Shown piece by piece: positions 29,609-38,774 of a stretch of DNA of 50,210 nucleotides. Where the stretch lies: the IMG/VR virus record IMGVR_UViG_3300044960_000817, positions 1 to 50,210 of that record; one strand, 5' to 3'. A program made the position numbers and the translations under genes. Positions within the stretch are counted from its first letter, which is position 1, and every line of letters begins with the position of its first letter. Source of the stretch: a virus. Lineage: Duplodnaviria > Caudoviricetes. The notes under the pieces are model-generated. The model was not told the origin of the DNA and did no database searches. It was given only the letters and a program-made list of their open reading frames with translations.

Positions 29609-30281
29609 GGAGCTTTCTTCCTCCTGGCAGTGGCTGGGGTGGCCACTGGTACACGCGGATGGCACCCGGTGGCCGAGGTGGCCACGGGTACATAAGGTGG
29701 CTCTGACACGGGCATGATAGCGCAATCGTGGGCCGCCGATCATCCGGAGAATCCCGCATCGCCATTAGTGATTTCCCGGATGCGACGGCGCTGGAGCAGC
29801 GCCGCCATTCGGCCTCGTCCTCAGCGGCCATGGCGGCTGGCCCGGCCGCGCCCGTCGCCCGCGCGGGCGCGCGCCGCTCCGCCAGCACCTGGCCGGCCGG
29901 GAGGCGCACGTTGAGCAGGTGGTCGATCAGCTGGCCGCTGCCGGCCGTATAGACCTCGCCGCCATGCCGGCGGCAATAGGCGGCCGGGATGCGGTAGCAG
30001 CGATTGCTGGTGTGGTCGATCAGCTCGATGGTGTCAACCGCGCCCCGGATGCGCTCCCAGACGTCGAGCGCCAGCGTCACCAGGCCGCGCCGGCGGAAGA
30101 TAAAATTGCCGCGCTCGCCGCCGCCCTGGTAGAGGCGCTGGGCGAGATCGAGCGTGCCATGCTGGCGTGGCCGGCCGGAGGCCGACGAATACACCGCCAG
30201 CTTCGCGCCCGGCGTCAGCCGCGTGCCGGCGCGGCGCTCGACCGGCGGCTTGTCGCGAACGACCGGGGCCCTGGGGACCAT
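29544..30281 (-). CDS. Hypothetical protein
   Basis: GGAGGGAG RBS; N-terminal half looks genuine, the C-terminal tail may be run-on into intergenic DNA. Confidence 0.5.
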   Translation of the reverse strand: MVPRAPVVRDKPPVERRAGTRLTPGAKLAVYSSASGRPRQHGTLDLAQRLYQGGGERGNFIFRRRGLVTLALDVWERIRGAVDTIELIDHTSNRCYRIPAAYCRRHGGEVYTAGSGQLIDHLLNVRLPAGQVLAERRAPARATGAAGPAAMAAEDEAEWRRCSSAVASGKSLMAMRDSPDDRRPTIALSCPCQSHLMYPWPPRPPGAIRVYQWPPQPLPGGRKLHAASASRVHGARSALRPSHRL

Positions 30282-30329
30282 ACTCTCCCTCCCTCGCAAT
30301 TCAGCGCGTGATCAGACCGTGCGTCGGGC

Positions 30330-31319
30330 TCAGGATCGGCCGCGGGCCTCGCCACGGGCCGCCTGGATGGCCTCGGATCGATGGGCGCGGGACAGCGGCG
30401 TGCCGAGGATGACGGTCGGCAGGTCAAGCCGGCGGTCCTTGATCGCCAGGCTGGTGATCTCGCGATTGCTGTAATAGGCATTCCAGGCGTTGGCGACGTA
30501 CCGGCAATAGAGCGCGCCGGTGATGCTGGCCACCCGGTGGTCGGCCAGCCAATCGAGCAGCGTATGTTCGGGACTGCCGCGCCGGAGGCCATCGTTCTCG
30601 GCGACGATCGACCAGAAGAGCTCGGCCATGTCAGGCTGGTAGCGCAGCGTGTAGAGCGCGACCGCGTTGACCGGCGCGACATCGAGCAGCCGGCGCGTCG
30701 CCTTGCTGCCGGCCGACCAGCAGGCCCACAGCCGGCGCGCCTCGTTCACCCAGGCGCGGACAAAGGCCACGCGCTCGGCGGCACTGACAATCACGCGGCC
30801 GGGGCCGGCGGCGAACTGGCTGGCGATATACGGGTGCGCCTCGCCGATGCTGCGCACCCACCGCTCCTGCATGCCGAGATCGGCGGCCAGGTCCATCGCC
30901 CGGTAGACGTCGGTCAGCACGCGCGGCCGGCCGCGATCGATGGCCGAGTAGAGCGCGTTGAGCTCCTCCGCGCTGCCGACCTGATAGGTCTCGACCACGA
31001 ACTCGACCGCGCGGGCGGCCGCCACGACGGCCGTCAGCCGGTGATAGCCGTCGATCAAGAGGGGGCGGTCGCCCAGCGTGGCGAACTTGAGGCTGTTGAC
31101 CAGCCGCCACTCGCCACGCTCGATCATCGCCGCGTAGCCCGTGACGACCTGTGGCCGGATCGACCGCTGCCGCTGGTAGCAGCAGGTCTCCAGCCAGGTC
31201 TGCGCCAGCGCCGGCGTCACCATGACCACGCGGCTGCTATGCGCCGCGCCCGCGCCCGCGCCATTGCTATGCGCCGGGGCGCTGACGAGCGCCAGATCCG
31301 TGTCGCTGCCCAGGTCCAT
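30330..31319 (-). CDS. ParB/DGQHR-like domain protein
   Basis: VTPALAQTWL..QR...LIDGYHRLTAV..IDRGRPR; own promoter and GGAGG RBS. Confidence 0.7.
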   Translation of the reverse strand: MDLGSDTDLALVSAPAHSNGAGAGAAHSSRVVMVTPALAQTWLETCCYQRQRSIRPQVVTGYAAMIERGEWRLVNSLKFATLGDRPLLIDGYHRLTAVVAAARAVEFVVETYQVGSAEELNALYSAIDRGRPRVLTDVYRAMDLAADLGMQERWVRSIGEAHPYIASQFAAGPGRVIVSAAERVAFVRAWVNEARRLWACWSAGSKATRRLLDVAPVNAVALYTLRYQPDMAELFWSIVAENDGLRRGSPEHTLLDWLADHRVASITGALYCRYVANAWNAYYSNREITSLAIKDRRLDLPTVILGTPLSRAHRSEAIQAARGEARGRS

Positions 31320-31378
31320 GCCGTCCCTCCCTCAGGCACCATGGCCGCCCCGGCCGGGACCGCCCCGGCCGCCATCCA

Positions 31379-31409
31379 GTGTTATATCATACTGTGATAT
31401 ATATTTCAA
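31379..31409 (-). promoter_or_regulatory. Sigma70-type promoter with shared 14-bp box in inverted orientation
   Basis: TTGAAA-N17-TATAAC; plus-strand box GTGTTATATCATAC. Confidence 0.75.
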
Positions 31410-31549
31410 GAGCCGCCGGTCGCGAGCGCAGTGGCGCGGCCGCCGGCCGCGCCACCTCATCGCGGCGCAGCGCCGCCAGGTCCGCGCGGTCACGCGCGGC
31501 GCGGCGCAGATCGTGCCGGTCTCATCAGGCGCGGGCATCGCGGGCCTCC

Positions 31550-32443
31550 TTACTCCACCGCGCGGGTCGCGCCGGGGCCGGCCAGCGGCGCGGGGAACTG
31601 CTCCCAGGGCTGGCCATCGAGTTCCCGCCCGCGCGCGCCGTGATAGCGGCCACTCCACTGCTTCCAGAAGAACGCCACCCCGGCGGCGCGGCACTGGTCG
31701 CGCAGCGCGCGCGCCCACTCCGGCCGGACCTCGCGGTAGCCCGGGCCGCTCTCGCCGCCCGCGATCACCCAGCCGATACTCGGGTGGTCGATGGCGCGGC
31801 CAGTCGCCTCGGCGGCAGCATCGCCCATCGCCGGCCACCACTCGCCGGTCAGTGCGTTGACGCATCCCGGCTCGTGGCGATGGCCCAGTCGCATCGGGAT
31901 CGTGGTCAAATCGACCGGACCCAGCAGCGGCTCGCACGACAGGAAGCGCACCACGGCCGGCACCGCCAGCAGGTGCGGGATGCGCTGCGCGGCGTACTCC
32001 TGGCTCTCCACGCTGGTGCCGTACCAGACGTTGGGCAGCGGTCGGTCGAGCCAGGCGGCCGGCACCAGCGTGGCGATGTTCTCCGGCCGCTTGGTCAGCA
32101 GCAACCAGTCCAGATGGGGCGTCTGCTCGATCAGCCGCCAGAGCCGGGCGCGCTCCCCGGCCAGGTCCGGGATGGCCTCGAACACGTCGGCCATCGACGC
32201 GCAGAAGACCTTCCGCCGGACCCCGGCGCGCGCGGCCCGGGCCTCCCAGCGCAATGGCTGGGCCCAATACGCATCGCCGAAGGTCCGGCGCGGCGTGGCG
32301 TGCGCTGGCCCCCAAAGCGCCAGCCCCCAGCGCCGCGCCAGCGCCTCGGCGTAGCAATGCTGGCAGCCGGGACTGACCCGTTGGCAGCCCCACCAGGGAT
32401 TGAAGGTATGGTCGGTCCACTCGATCGCGGTCTGCTCAGCCAT
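31550..32443 (-). CDS. DUF5131 (Gp37/Gp68) radical-SAM-like protein
   Basis: TAIEWTDHTFNPWWGCQRVSPGCQHCYA, LLLTKRP, SCEPLLG, WVIAGGESG. Confidence 0.9.
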   Translation of the reverse strand: MAEQTAIEWTDHTFNPWWGCQRVSPGCQHCYAEALARRWGLALWGPAHATPRRTFGDAYWAQPLRWEARAARAGVRRKVFCASMADVFEAIPDLAGERARLWRLIEQTPHLDWLLLTKRPENIATLVPAAWLDRPLPNVWYGTSVESQEYAAQRIPHLLAVPAVVRFLSCEPLLGPVDLTTIPMRLGHRHEPGCVNALTGEWWPAMGDAAAEATGRAIDHPSIGWVIAGGESGPGYREVRPEWARALRDQCRAAGVAFFWKQWSGRYHGARGRELDGQPWEQFPAPLAGPGATRAVE

Positions 32444-32639
32444 TCTCCCGCTCCTCGTCGGCCGCCAGCCCGGCCGCCAGGACCAGCAAGCGCTCGATCT
32501 CGGCCCGCGTCGCCGCCAGCCGATCGACCGCCGCCTGCGCGCGCCGGTCCAGTCGCCAGGCCATGCGCCAGAGCCAGAAATTGATCGCGGTCAGCGCGCC
32601 GTGCGCTGCCAGGAGCCACCACGCGCCGCCGTCGCTCAT
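32436..32639 (-). CDS. Small membrane-anchored protein
   Basis: MSDGGAWWLLAAHGALTAINFWLW + coiled coil; ATGA overlap with upstream gene. Confidence 0.55.
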   Translation of the reverse strand: MSDGGAWWLLAAHGALTAINFWLWRMAWRLDRRAQAAVDRLAATRAEIERLLVLAAGLAADEERENG

Positions 32640-33283
32640 GCCGCCGTCTCCCGCGCCCGCCGCCGCTCCCGGTCGCCCGGCGCGGCCGGCCGCCGCTCGA
32701 CCTCCGCGTAGGCGCGCCGCAATTCCGCGCGCGCCCGGAAGAGCATCGACTTGACCGCCGTCCGGCTCATGCCGAGGCGCTGACCGATCTGCTCGCAGCT
32801 CAGCTCCTGGCACTCGCGGAGCAGGAGCGCCTGGCGGTGGCGGGGGCGCAGCCGCGCCAGCGCCGCCCGCACCTGGCCCGCCGTCTCCGCGCCGAGCAGC
32901 ACCCGCTCGGGATCGTCCGCGCTCGCACCGCGCCCGGTCGCCAGCGCCGCCTCGTCCCGCGCCGGGTCGAAGGCGCGCTGCCGGTGGCACTGGCGGTGTC
33001 GCAACAGGTCCAGGCAGCGGTTGTCGACGATGCGGTAGAGCCAGGCCGCGATGCACGTGTCCGGCCGCGCCAGGTCCAGGCGCGCCAGCGCGCGGTAGGC
33101 GCTCACCAGGCTGTCCTGGACGACGTCGGCCGCCGCCTCGGCATCCCGGCCCAGCCGCCGGTAGGCGTACTGGTAGAGCCGCGGCCCGTGGCGCTCCACC
33201 AGTCGCGCGAAGGCGGCCTGGTCGCCCGCCCGCGCCGCCGCGACCAGCGCGATGTCGATGTCGGTCTCGCTCGCGATCGTCAT
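32636..33283 (-). CDS. ECF sigma-70 factor
   Basis: AGDQAAFARLV, ADVVQD, WLYRIVDNRCLDLLR, region 4 AVKSMLFRAR. Confidence 0.9.
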   Translation of the reverse strand: MTIASETDIDIALVAAARAGDQAAFARLVERHGPRLYQYAYRRLGRDAEAAADVVQDSLVSAYRALARLDLARPDTCIAAWLYRIVDNRCLDLLRHRQCHRQRAFDPARDEAALATGRGASADDPERVLLGAETAGQVRAALARLRPRHRQALLLRECQELSCEQIGQRLGMSRTAVKSMLFRARAELRRAYAEVERRPAAPGDRERRRARETAA

Positions 33284-33330
33284 GTGCGTCCCTCCGTCTC
33301 TCGTCCGTACCAACCAGCAGCTTGTCGCCG

Positions 33331-33858
33331 TCACGCCGGCGGGCCGGCGCGGTCCGGCTGGTCCTGGCCGCGCAGGCTGGCCAGCAGCGCCTCGGCCTCG
33401 GCGCGGAATGGATAGGCCGCGCGCCGCCCGCCCGCCCGCCGGCGCGCCTGGCCGGCCAGCGCCGCCAGGTGCGCCCGCAGTTGGGCGCGCCGCTCGGCGG
33501 CCTGGCGCTCGCGCTCGGCCGCCTGCTCCGGCCCGACCGCTCGCTCCGCCAGCAGCGCCGGCCCGGCCGGCAGCGCCCCGTCCCCGGCCCGCCAGGCCGC
33601 GATCGGGTCGTGGTCCTCCTCCGGGCTGCCGCCCGGCCGCCGGCCCCTGGCCAGCGCCCGCAACTCGGCCGGCACCGGGAAGTAGGTGCAGGTCTTGAGC
33701 GCCTCGGCCACCGCCCGCCGGAAGCGGGCGTCGCTGAGATCATCCAGCGCGGGGCGGTAGATAGCGCACAACGCCGCCACCGTCGCCTCGTCCTTGGCCC
33801 GGCTGGGCCACATCATAAACAGGACCGCCATCCCCTCCCGGAAGGTCTCGTCCGTCAC
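33331..33858 (-). CDS. Helicase loader/inhibitor-like replication protein
   Basis: LDDLS..RAVAEALKTCTYFPVPAELR; follows the initiator; AGGAGG RBS. Confidence 0.65.
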   Translation of the reverse strand: MTDETFREGMAVLFMMWPSRAKDEATVAALCAIYRPALDDLSDARFRRAVAEALKTCTYFPVPAELRALARGRRPGGSPEEDHDPIAAWRAGDGALPAGPALLAERAVGPEQAAERERQAAERRAQLRAHLAALAGQARRRAGGRRAAYPFRAEAEALLASLRGQDQPDRAGPPA

Positions 33859-34783
33859 CAGTCCCTCCTGCCCCATAGGCGGCGATGCCGCCCATAATCA
33901 TGCCCAGACTGCCGGCCGGCGCGTGCCCGTTGGTGGGCGCGGCCGGCTCGGGCGCGAGCTCGTACATCCGGCCGCGCAGGAAGCCGGAGGCGTCCTTCAC
34001 GTAGCCGCGCGCCCAGCGCGCGCTGGCCTGCCAGCGCGCCAGTCCGGCCATGATCTCGCCGGCGATCCGGTCGCCGTCGAGCGCCAGCCAGACCCGGAAC
34101 GCCTCGACCTTGCTGGACCGACCGCCGTTGGGATAGGCGGCCCAGAAGCGGTCGAACGCGTCCGAGTACGGCGGCAACTCCGCCCGCCGCCGGCGCGGCG
34201 ACCGACGCGCCGGCGCTGCTGCTGCTGCTGCTGCTGTTCCTGTTGCTGTTGCTGGTGCTGTTACTGTTACTGTCGATACCCTACCAGATAGGGTATCTGA
34301 TACCCTATCAGATACCCTATCGGCGGCGTCGGGAGAGGGTAGTGGGAGGCTATCCTGGGCCGGCGCGACCCTGGCCGGCGGCGGGGCCAGCTCGGGGTAG
34401 GTCTCCAGCACCCGCGCCCGCACCGGCTCGGGCAAATCGGCCACCGCCCGGCGCGCGGCGGTGGCGAAGGTCTCGCTGGCCAGCGCCCGCTGGTGCTTGT
34501 AGAAGCGCACCACGAACACCCAGGCGCGCTCGCGCCACCAGACGACCTTGCCGGCGGCCGCCAACTCGGTCATGGCCGCCACGATGCGAGCCTCGTCGAG
34601 GCCCGTCTCGTGCTGGATCGACGCCTCGCTGACCTCCATCGCGCCGCACGGCGTCTGGCGGTGGTTGGTGAGGAGATACAGGAACAGCAGCTTGGCCGCC
34701 GGCTTGAGGCGCTCGAACCAGGGGTCGCCCCAAATCCGCACCTCGACCGAGCGGTACATGCCCAGCCGCGTTGACGCTGCCAT
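33740..34783 (-). CDS. Phage replication initiator (O/DnaD-like)
   Basis: YR..IWGDPWF...KLLFLYLLTN winged helix; C-terminal FDRFWAAYP..SKVEA; internal iterons. Confidence 0.8.
   Translation of the reverse strand: MAASTRLGMYRSVEVRIWGDPWFERLKPAAKLLFLYLLTNHRQTPCGAMEVSEASIQHETGLDEARIVAAMTELAAAGKVVWWRERAWVFVVRFYKHQRALASETFATAARRAVADLPEPVRARVLETYPELAPPPARVAPAQDSLPLPSPDAADRVSDRVSDTLSGRVSTVTVTAPATATGTAAAAAAAPARRSPRRRRAELPPYSDAFDRFWAAYPNGGRSSKVEAFRVWLALDGDRIAGEIMAGLARWQASARWARGYVKDASGFLRGRMYELAPEPAAPTNGHAPAGSLGMIMGGIAAYGAGGTGDGRDLPGGDGGPVYDVAQPGQGRGDGGGVVRYLPPRAG
34275..34321. repeat. Iteron cluster (putative replication origin)
   Basis: gataccctac, gatagggtatc (inverted), gataccctatc x2 at 12-bp spacing next to a lower-GC tract. 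Confidence 0.75.
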
Positions 34784-34967
34784 CGTCGCTACCCTCCCAT
34801 CCCCGGCCCGCGCGGGGGAGAGCCGGCGGGGCCACCCGGCGCGGCCGGCCCGCTGGAGAGGGTGGGGCCGGCGGCCACGGCCCGCGGGGCGGGGTGGGGG
34901 GAAACCGGCCGGGCCGCGCGGCCGGGGCGGAGCCCGCGCGCGGACGCGCGGGCGATCGCGAGGCGAG

Positions 34968-35228
34968 TCATGCGCCACCTCCGTCGGTGGCGTCGGCCAT
35001 CCCGGCCGCGCACGCGGCGCAGCCGCAGGCGCGGTCGAGACCGTGGCAACCGGCCCGGCCCCAGCAGGGCGCGGCCGGCCCGTGATGGAAACAGTCCAGA
35101 CAACCGATCCAGAGCCGCCAGCCCGGCCAGGCCATCCAGTCCGCCGCCGGCACCCCCCATTTGCGGGCGAAGCCGGCCGCGTCGTGGCCGATCATGGGGC
35201 GGCCGCGAGCAATCGCAGAACCACGCAT
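34968..35228 (-). CDS. Small Cys-rich hypothetical protein
   Basis: CLDC...C...C...CGCAAC; start uncertain. Confidence 0.35.
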   Translation of the reverse strand: MRGSAIARGRPMIGHDAAGFARKWGVPAADWMAWPGWRLWIGCLDCFHHGPAAPCWGRAGCHGLDRACGCAACAAGMADATDGGGA

Positions 35229-35374
35229 CGTGTCATCCGTTCCATCACTAGAGGACCCTCGCCGTATGGCGAGCCGTCCCTCCCTCTCCAGTCCAGTGAC
35301 GACGCCCGCCCGTGCCTTGCCCGCCCGGCGCGGGCGTCGTCACGCTCAGGACGCTCAGGCCCAGCGCATCGGCC

Positions 35375-35668
35375 TCACCCCCTTCCGCCCGGCGACGTCC
35401 GGGCCGCCAGCCAGCGCGCCAGCGCGTCCTCCGGCACGCGCACCGCCCGGCCGACCCGCACGCTCGGCAGCTCGCCGCGCGCGATCATGGCGTAGATCTG
35501 GTCGGCCGACAGCCCGAGCCGCGCCGCCACCTCGCGCGCCCGCAGCCAGCGCGGGCCGGCCGGGGCGGGGGCCGCGGGCGCGGCCGCCAGCTGCTCCAGC
35601 GCCGCCGTGGCCGCGCGCAGCGCCGCCAGCGCCGCCGCCAGCGCCGGGTCCGGCCGGCTGGCGCTCAT
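35375..35668 (-). CDS. Excisionase-like HTH protein
   Basis: WLRAREVAARLGLS..IYAMIARGELPSVRVGRAVRVP; GGAGGAG RBS. Confidence 0.85.
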   Translation of the reverse strand: MSASRPDPALAAALAALRAATAALEQLAAAPAAPAPAGPRWLRAREVAARLGLSADQIYAMIARGELPSVRVGRAVRVPEDALARWLAARTSPGGRG

Positions 35669-35937
35669 GCGCTCCTCCGGCGCGGCCGGACCCGGCGCTG
35701 GTCCGACTCCTCGATATAGAACAGGTCCTGCTCGCTGGTCGCCAGCGCCTGGCAGACCCGCCGCACGAACTCGGCCGAGATGGCGCGCTTGCCGGCGCGC
35801 ACCTGCCAGAGGTAGACCCGGCTGTAGCGCGTCGCCCGCGCCAGCCAGGTCCAGCGCCGGCCCTGCGCCGCCATCACCTGGTCGAGCCAGGTGCCGGTGT
35901 AGGGGCTGCTGCTCTTGCGTCCAATCTTGCTGCCCAT
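35665..35937 (-). CDS. Cro-like HTH regulator
   Basis: WLARATRYSRVYLWQVRAGKR; divergent from the repressor. Confidence 0.75.
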   Translation of the reverse strand: MGSKIGRKSSSPYTGTWLDQVMAAQGRRWTWLARATRYSRVYLWQVRAGKRAISAEFVRRVCQALATSEQDLFYIEESDQRRVRPRRRSA

Positions 35938-35944
35938 GCGTAGC

Positions 35945-35972
35945 AGTATACACGACTGTCAGCCAAAGTCAA
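35945..35972 (-). promoter_or_regulatory. Early lytic promoter, probably leaderless cro mRNA
   Basis: TTGACT-N16-TATACT, ATG 7 nt downstream, no RBS. Confidence 0.7.
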
Positions 35973-36187
35973 GCCCACCGTCGTTCTGCTCGGTTAAGAC
36001 GTGTAGGAGCAGTATTTGCTGTCCTACTCGCGGTGGTGGAGCGCTTAACAGTGGCTGTGGTTGGCAGGCGATCGGTCAGCGACCCGGCGATGCCGCGACG
36101 CGCGCGCAGCAAATCGGCGCGCGTCGCTCCAGTGGCCCTGGCCGATGGTTTGCGCGCGCGTTAGCATAAGGACTGGAGACGTAGGAG

Positions 36188-36751
36188 ATGGACGGGATGG
36201 CGGGGCCGGGCGCGCGAGACGAACAGGACGATCGGACCTTCGGCGCGTGGCTGCGCGACCAATTGGTCGCGCAGCAGCTGAGCCAGGCGAGCCTGGTGCG
36301 CGCGATCGGCGCGCACAGCTCGGTCGTCTCGCGCTGGCTCAACGATCGCGACATCCCCAGGCCGCGCTCCTGCGAGCGACTGGCGCTGGCGCTCGGCGTG
36401 CGGCCCGAGGAGGTGCTGGCGCGCGCCGGCCACCTCGCGCTGGTCGCGCCCGAGGCGCAGCGGCTCAGCGACCAGTTGCGCGCCGCCGCCGCCCGGGCGC
36501 GGACGCTGGAGAGCCAGGTCGAGCAACTCCGCCGGCGGCTGGCCGCCGGCGCGCCGCGCCAGCCAGCCGAGGCCCAGCGGCCGGTGGCCGGCGACGTGCT
36601 GGCGCTGCCGGTCGTCGGCGCGGCGGCGGCCGATCATGACCGGCTGGCGGTCGAGACGGCGCTGGTGCCGGCCCGCTGGCTGCCGGTGCCGGCCGGCCGC
36701 CGGCCTGGAACAACGAAAATCCCCCGCACTGCGGGGGATCTCGCCGAGTGA
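36188..36751 (+). CDS. XRE-family CI-like repressor, possibly C-terminally truncated
   Basis: FGAWLR..LSQASLVRAIGAHSSVVSRWLN..P; LPVVG motif but no S24 peptidase domain; AGGAG RBS. Confidence 0.8.
   Translation: MDGMAGPGARDEQDDRTFGAWLRDQLVAQQLSQASLVRAIGAHSSVVSRWLNDRDIPRPRSCERLALALGVRPEEVLARAGHLALVAPEAQRLSDQLRAAAARARTLESQVEQLRRRLAAGAPRQPAEAQRPVAGDVLALPVVGAAAADHDRLAVETALVPARWLPVPAGRRPGTTKIPRTAGDLAE
36709..36742 (-). terminator. Intrinsic terminator after tRNA fragment
   Basis: atcccccgca/gcgggggat stem followed on the minus strand by ttttcgttgtt. Confidence 0.7.
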
Positions 36752-36794
36752 GCCGCGAAGGACTCGAACCTTCAACCGGCTGATTAAGAGTCAG
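36748..36794 (-). other. attP-like core: 3' half of tRNA-Lys(CTT)
   Basis: CTGACTCTTAATCAG anticodon arm, GAAGG-TTCGAGT-CCTTC T-arm, 3' acceptor strand; no D-arm or 5' acceptor strand. Confidence 0.8.
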
Positions 36795-37332
36795 TCGGGC
36801 CATCGCCGATAGGGCCGGTGTTTGCCGCTATTCCCGGCCGCGCGCGGGCGTCATCGGGCCGAGCGACCGCCACCATCGGATCGTCCGGGGTGCCAGCCAA
36901 GGTGCCAGCGGGACCGCGCGCGGCCAGGTGCCGGCGGGCGACCGCCACCGCCTCGGCCGGGAAGAGATAGCGCCGGCGCTCGGCCAGCGCCGGCCGGATG
37001 ACGCCGGCGCGCATGAGTTGCTCGGCGCGCCAGCGACTGACGCCGAGCTGGCGCGCCAGCTCGGCCAGCGAGATCAGGCGCGCCTCGCGGCGGAGTTGGT
37101 CGCGCGCCGCATCGGCGCGCGGCCGGCCCGGCTTGCGGGCGGCGGCGGCGCGGGCGGCGTAGCGCTCCAGGTCGCGCGCGTTGATCTCCCATGCGCCGCG
37201 CCGGTGCAGGCCGTGCCGGGTGGCCGGCAAGCGCTTGTCCCGGATGGCCTGGATGATCGCGTTGTGGGTCACGCCGAGCCGGCGCGCCGCCTGATAGGTG
37301 GTCATGATCTCGTTCTCCGTCTCCATCGCCAT
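36784..37332 (-). CDS. Tandem excisionase/MerR-like HTH protein
   Basis: MTTYQAARRLGVT..IRDKRLPA and LISLAELARQLGVS..RAGVI. Confidence 0.75.
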   Translation of the reverse strand: MAMETENEIMTTYQAARRLGVTHNAIIQAIRDKRLPATRHGLHRRGAWEINARDLERYAARAAAARKPGRPRADAARDQLRREARLISLAELARQLGVSRWRAEQLMRAGVIRPALAERRRYLFPAEAVAVARRHLAARGPAGTLAGTPDDPMVAVARPDDARARPGIAANTGPIGDGPTDS

Positions 37333-37458
37333 GCCGCGCTCCCCGCCTCACACCCGTCCGTCCGCTGACTAAGACTATGTGAGATACGGCGAGCCACGGC
37401 AAGGGGTCGGGCGCTCTTCCTGCGCTGGCGGCGCAAAGAAGAGCGCCCGCGCTGGTCG

Positions 37459-38706
37459 TCAATCGCCGGCCGCCCGGCGCGGCGCGGCCTCGAAGGCATC
37501 CAGGAGGATGCCCGCCGCGTCGTCGACCGCCCGGCCGCCGCGCGCCGCCGCGGGCTCGTCCCCGGCCGGCGCGAGCGCCAGCAACTGGCGCGCCTGGCGC
37601 ACGGCGGCGTCGTCCGGCCGGTCGGGCACCTCCGGCCCGCCGACCGGGCGCGGGTCGCGGCCCAGGTCGAGCAGCGCGCGCCGGCTGAGCGTGGCGATCG
37701 CCCGCATCGCCTGGGCGATCTGGACCGGGTCGCGCGCGTCCGGATCGAGCGCGGCGATGGCGCGCACGCGCTCGATGATGGCGGCCATCTCGGGGTCGCC
37801 GGTGAAGTTGAGCAGCGGCGCGCTGGCGGCAAGCTGCTTGAGTTGGGCGGCGTTGGCCCCCGGCAGGAAGCCGCGCTTGCCGACCGCGCCGAGCGCCCGC
37901 GCCGCCGCCGTGCCGACGATCTCGTACATCCGCGCCAGGCAGTCGACCAGGAACTCGTCGGCCAGGCGGGCCCGCCGGGCCGCCAGCGACGCCGCCAGGT
38001 CGGCCTCCAACTCGGCCAGCCCGAGCCGGGCGTCGCCGGCCGGCGTCGCCGGCGGGCCGCCGGCCGACTCCGGATCGAGATAATCCAGTTCGACCCGGTA
38101 GCCGAAGCGCGACCGCACCGTGTCGGCCGGCGGCCGCTTGGCCAGGATGCGCTCGATATAGGCCGCCACCCAGTCCGACGGCGGCGTGGCCGCCACCACC
38201 GGGTTGGTCGCCGCCAGCGCCCGATACGCCTGCTCGCCGGCCAGCAGATAGATCAGCCGCAGCGCGCGCTCGGCCTCGTCCCAGTCGTCGATGAGCGCAT
38301 CGACGGCGCGCCAGAAGCCGGCCGCGACCGCGGCGTTCTCCTCCTTCCAGCGCCGGTAGGCCGTCACCGGCACGAAGCGCAGGCCGAGCGTCTCGATGCT
38401 GTGGCGGTAGAGCGTCTCGTGGGCCGCCGTCTCCAGGCCCACCAGGCGGGTGGCGTGCTCGGGCGTGGTCAGCAGCTGGCGGCCCAGGTTGCGAATCTTG
38501 GCCAACTGGCGCGCCTCCGCGTCGGTCAGCGCCGGCAGGCCCAGGTCCTCGGGCGTCAGGCGCGTCCAGGGCCGCCAGGCGCTGATCGAGATGCGCACCA
38601 CGACGCCCTGGCGCAGCAGCTCGCTCGTCTTGATGCGCCGGACCTCGGGGTCAGCCAGCCAGCCCGCCGCGCCGGTCGGGGTCGGGGTCGGGGTCGTCGC
38701 GATCAT
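37459..38706 (-). CDS. DUF3150-like protein
   Basis: GVVVRISI..W..LTPEDLGL..LG.RFVP; helical; AGGAGG RBS; adjacent to the AAA ATPase. Confidence 0.55.
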   Translation of the reverse strand: MIATTPTPTPTGAAGWLADPEVRRIKTSELLRQGVVVRISISAWRPWTRLTPEDLGLPALTDAEARQLAKIRNLGRQLLTTPEHATRLVGLETAAHETLYRHSIETLGLRFVPVTAYRRWKEENAAVAAGFWRAVDALIDDWDEAERALRLIYLLAGEQAYRALAATNPVVAATPPSDWVAAYIERILAKRPPADTVRSRFGYRVELDYLDPESAGGPPATPAGDARLGLAELEADLAASLAARRARLADEFLVDCLARMYEIVGTAAARALGAVGKRGFLPGANAAQLKQLAASAPLLNFTGDPEMAAIIERVRAIAALDPDARDPVQIAQAMRAIATLSRRALLDLGRDPRPVGGPEVPDRPDDAAVRQARQLLALAPAGDEPAAARGGRAVDDAAGILLDAFEAAPRRAAGD

Positions 38707-38774
38707 GGCTCGTCCTCCTGTGGGTCTCCAGTCCGTCCGTTCCAGTTGCGGGGGATGATCGTGGTCGTCGTCGC

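Noticed and set aside
29637-29692. Repeated ggtggccac(t/g)ggtaca words
   Set aside because: Only two imperfect copies and no match seen elsewhere; no function can be supported.
31550-32443. DUF5131 plus methyltransferase as a DNA hypermodification system
   Set aside because: The genes are far apart, both are common in phages, and no partner enzymes are visible.
34216-34274. (gct)n and ctgtta tracts as a phase-variation switch
   Set aside because: In-frame low-complexity linker next to the iterons, typical of initiator genes.
36748-36830. Functional tRNA-Lys gene
   Set aside because: No D-arm and no 5' acceptor strand complementary to GCGGCTC; only the 3' half is present.
37365-37402. Another member of the boxed promoter family upstream of the double-HTH gene
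   Set aside because: Shares tatctcacatagt but lacks the TTATATAAT core, and the -35/-10 spacing is 19.
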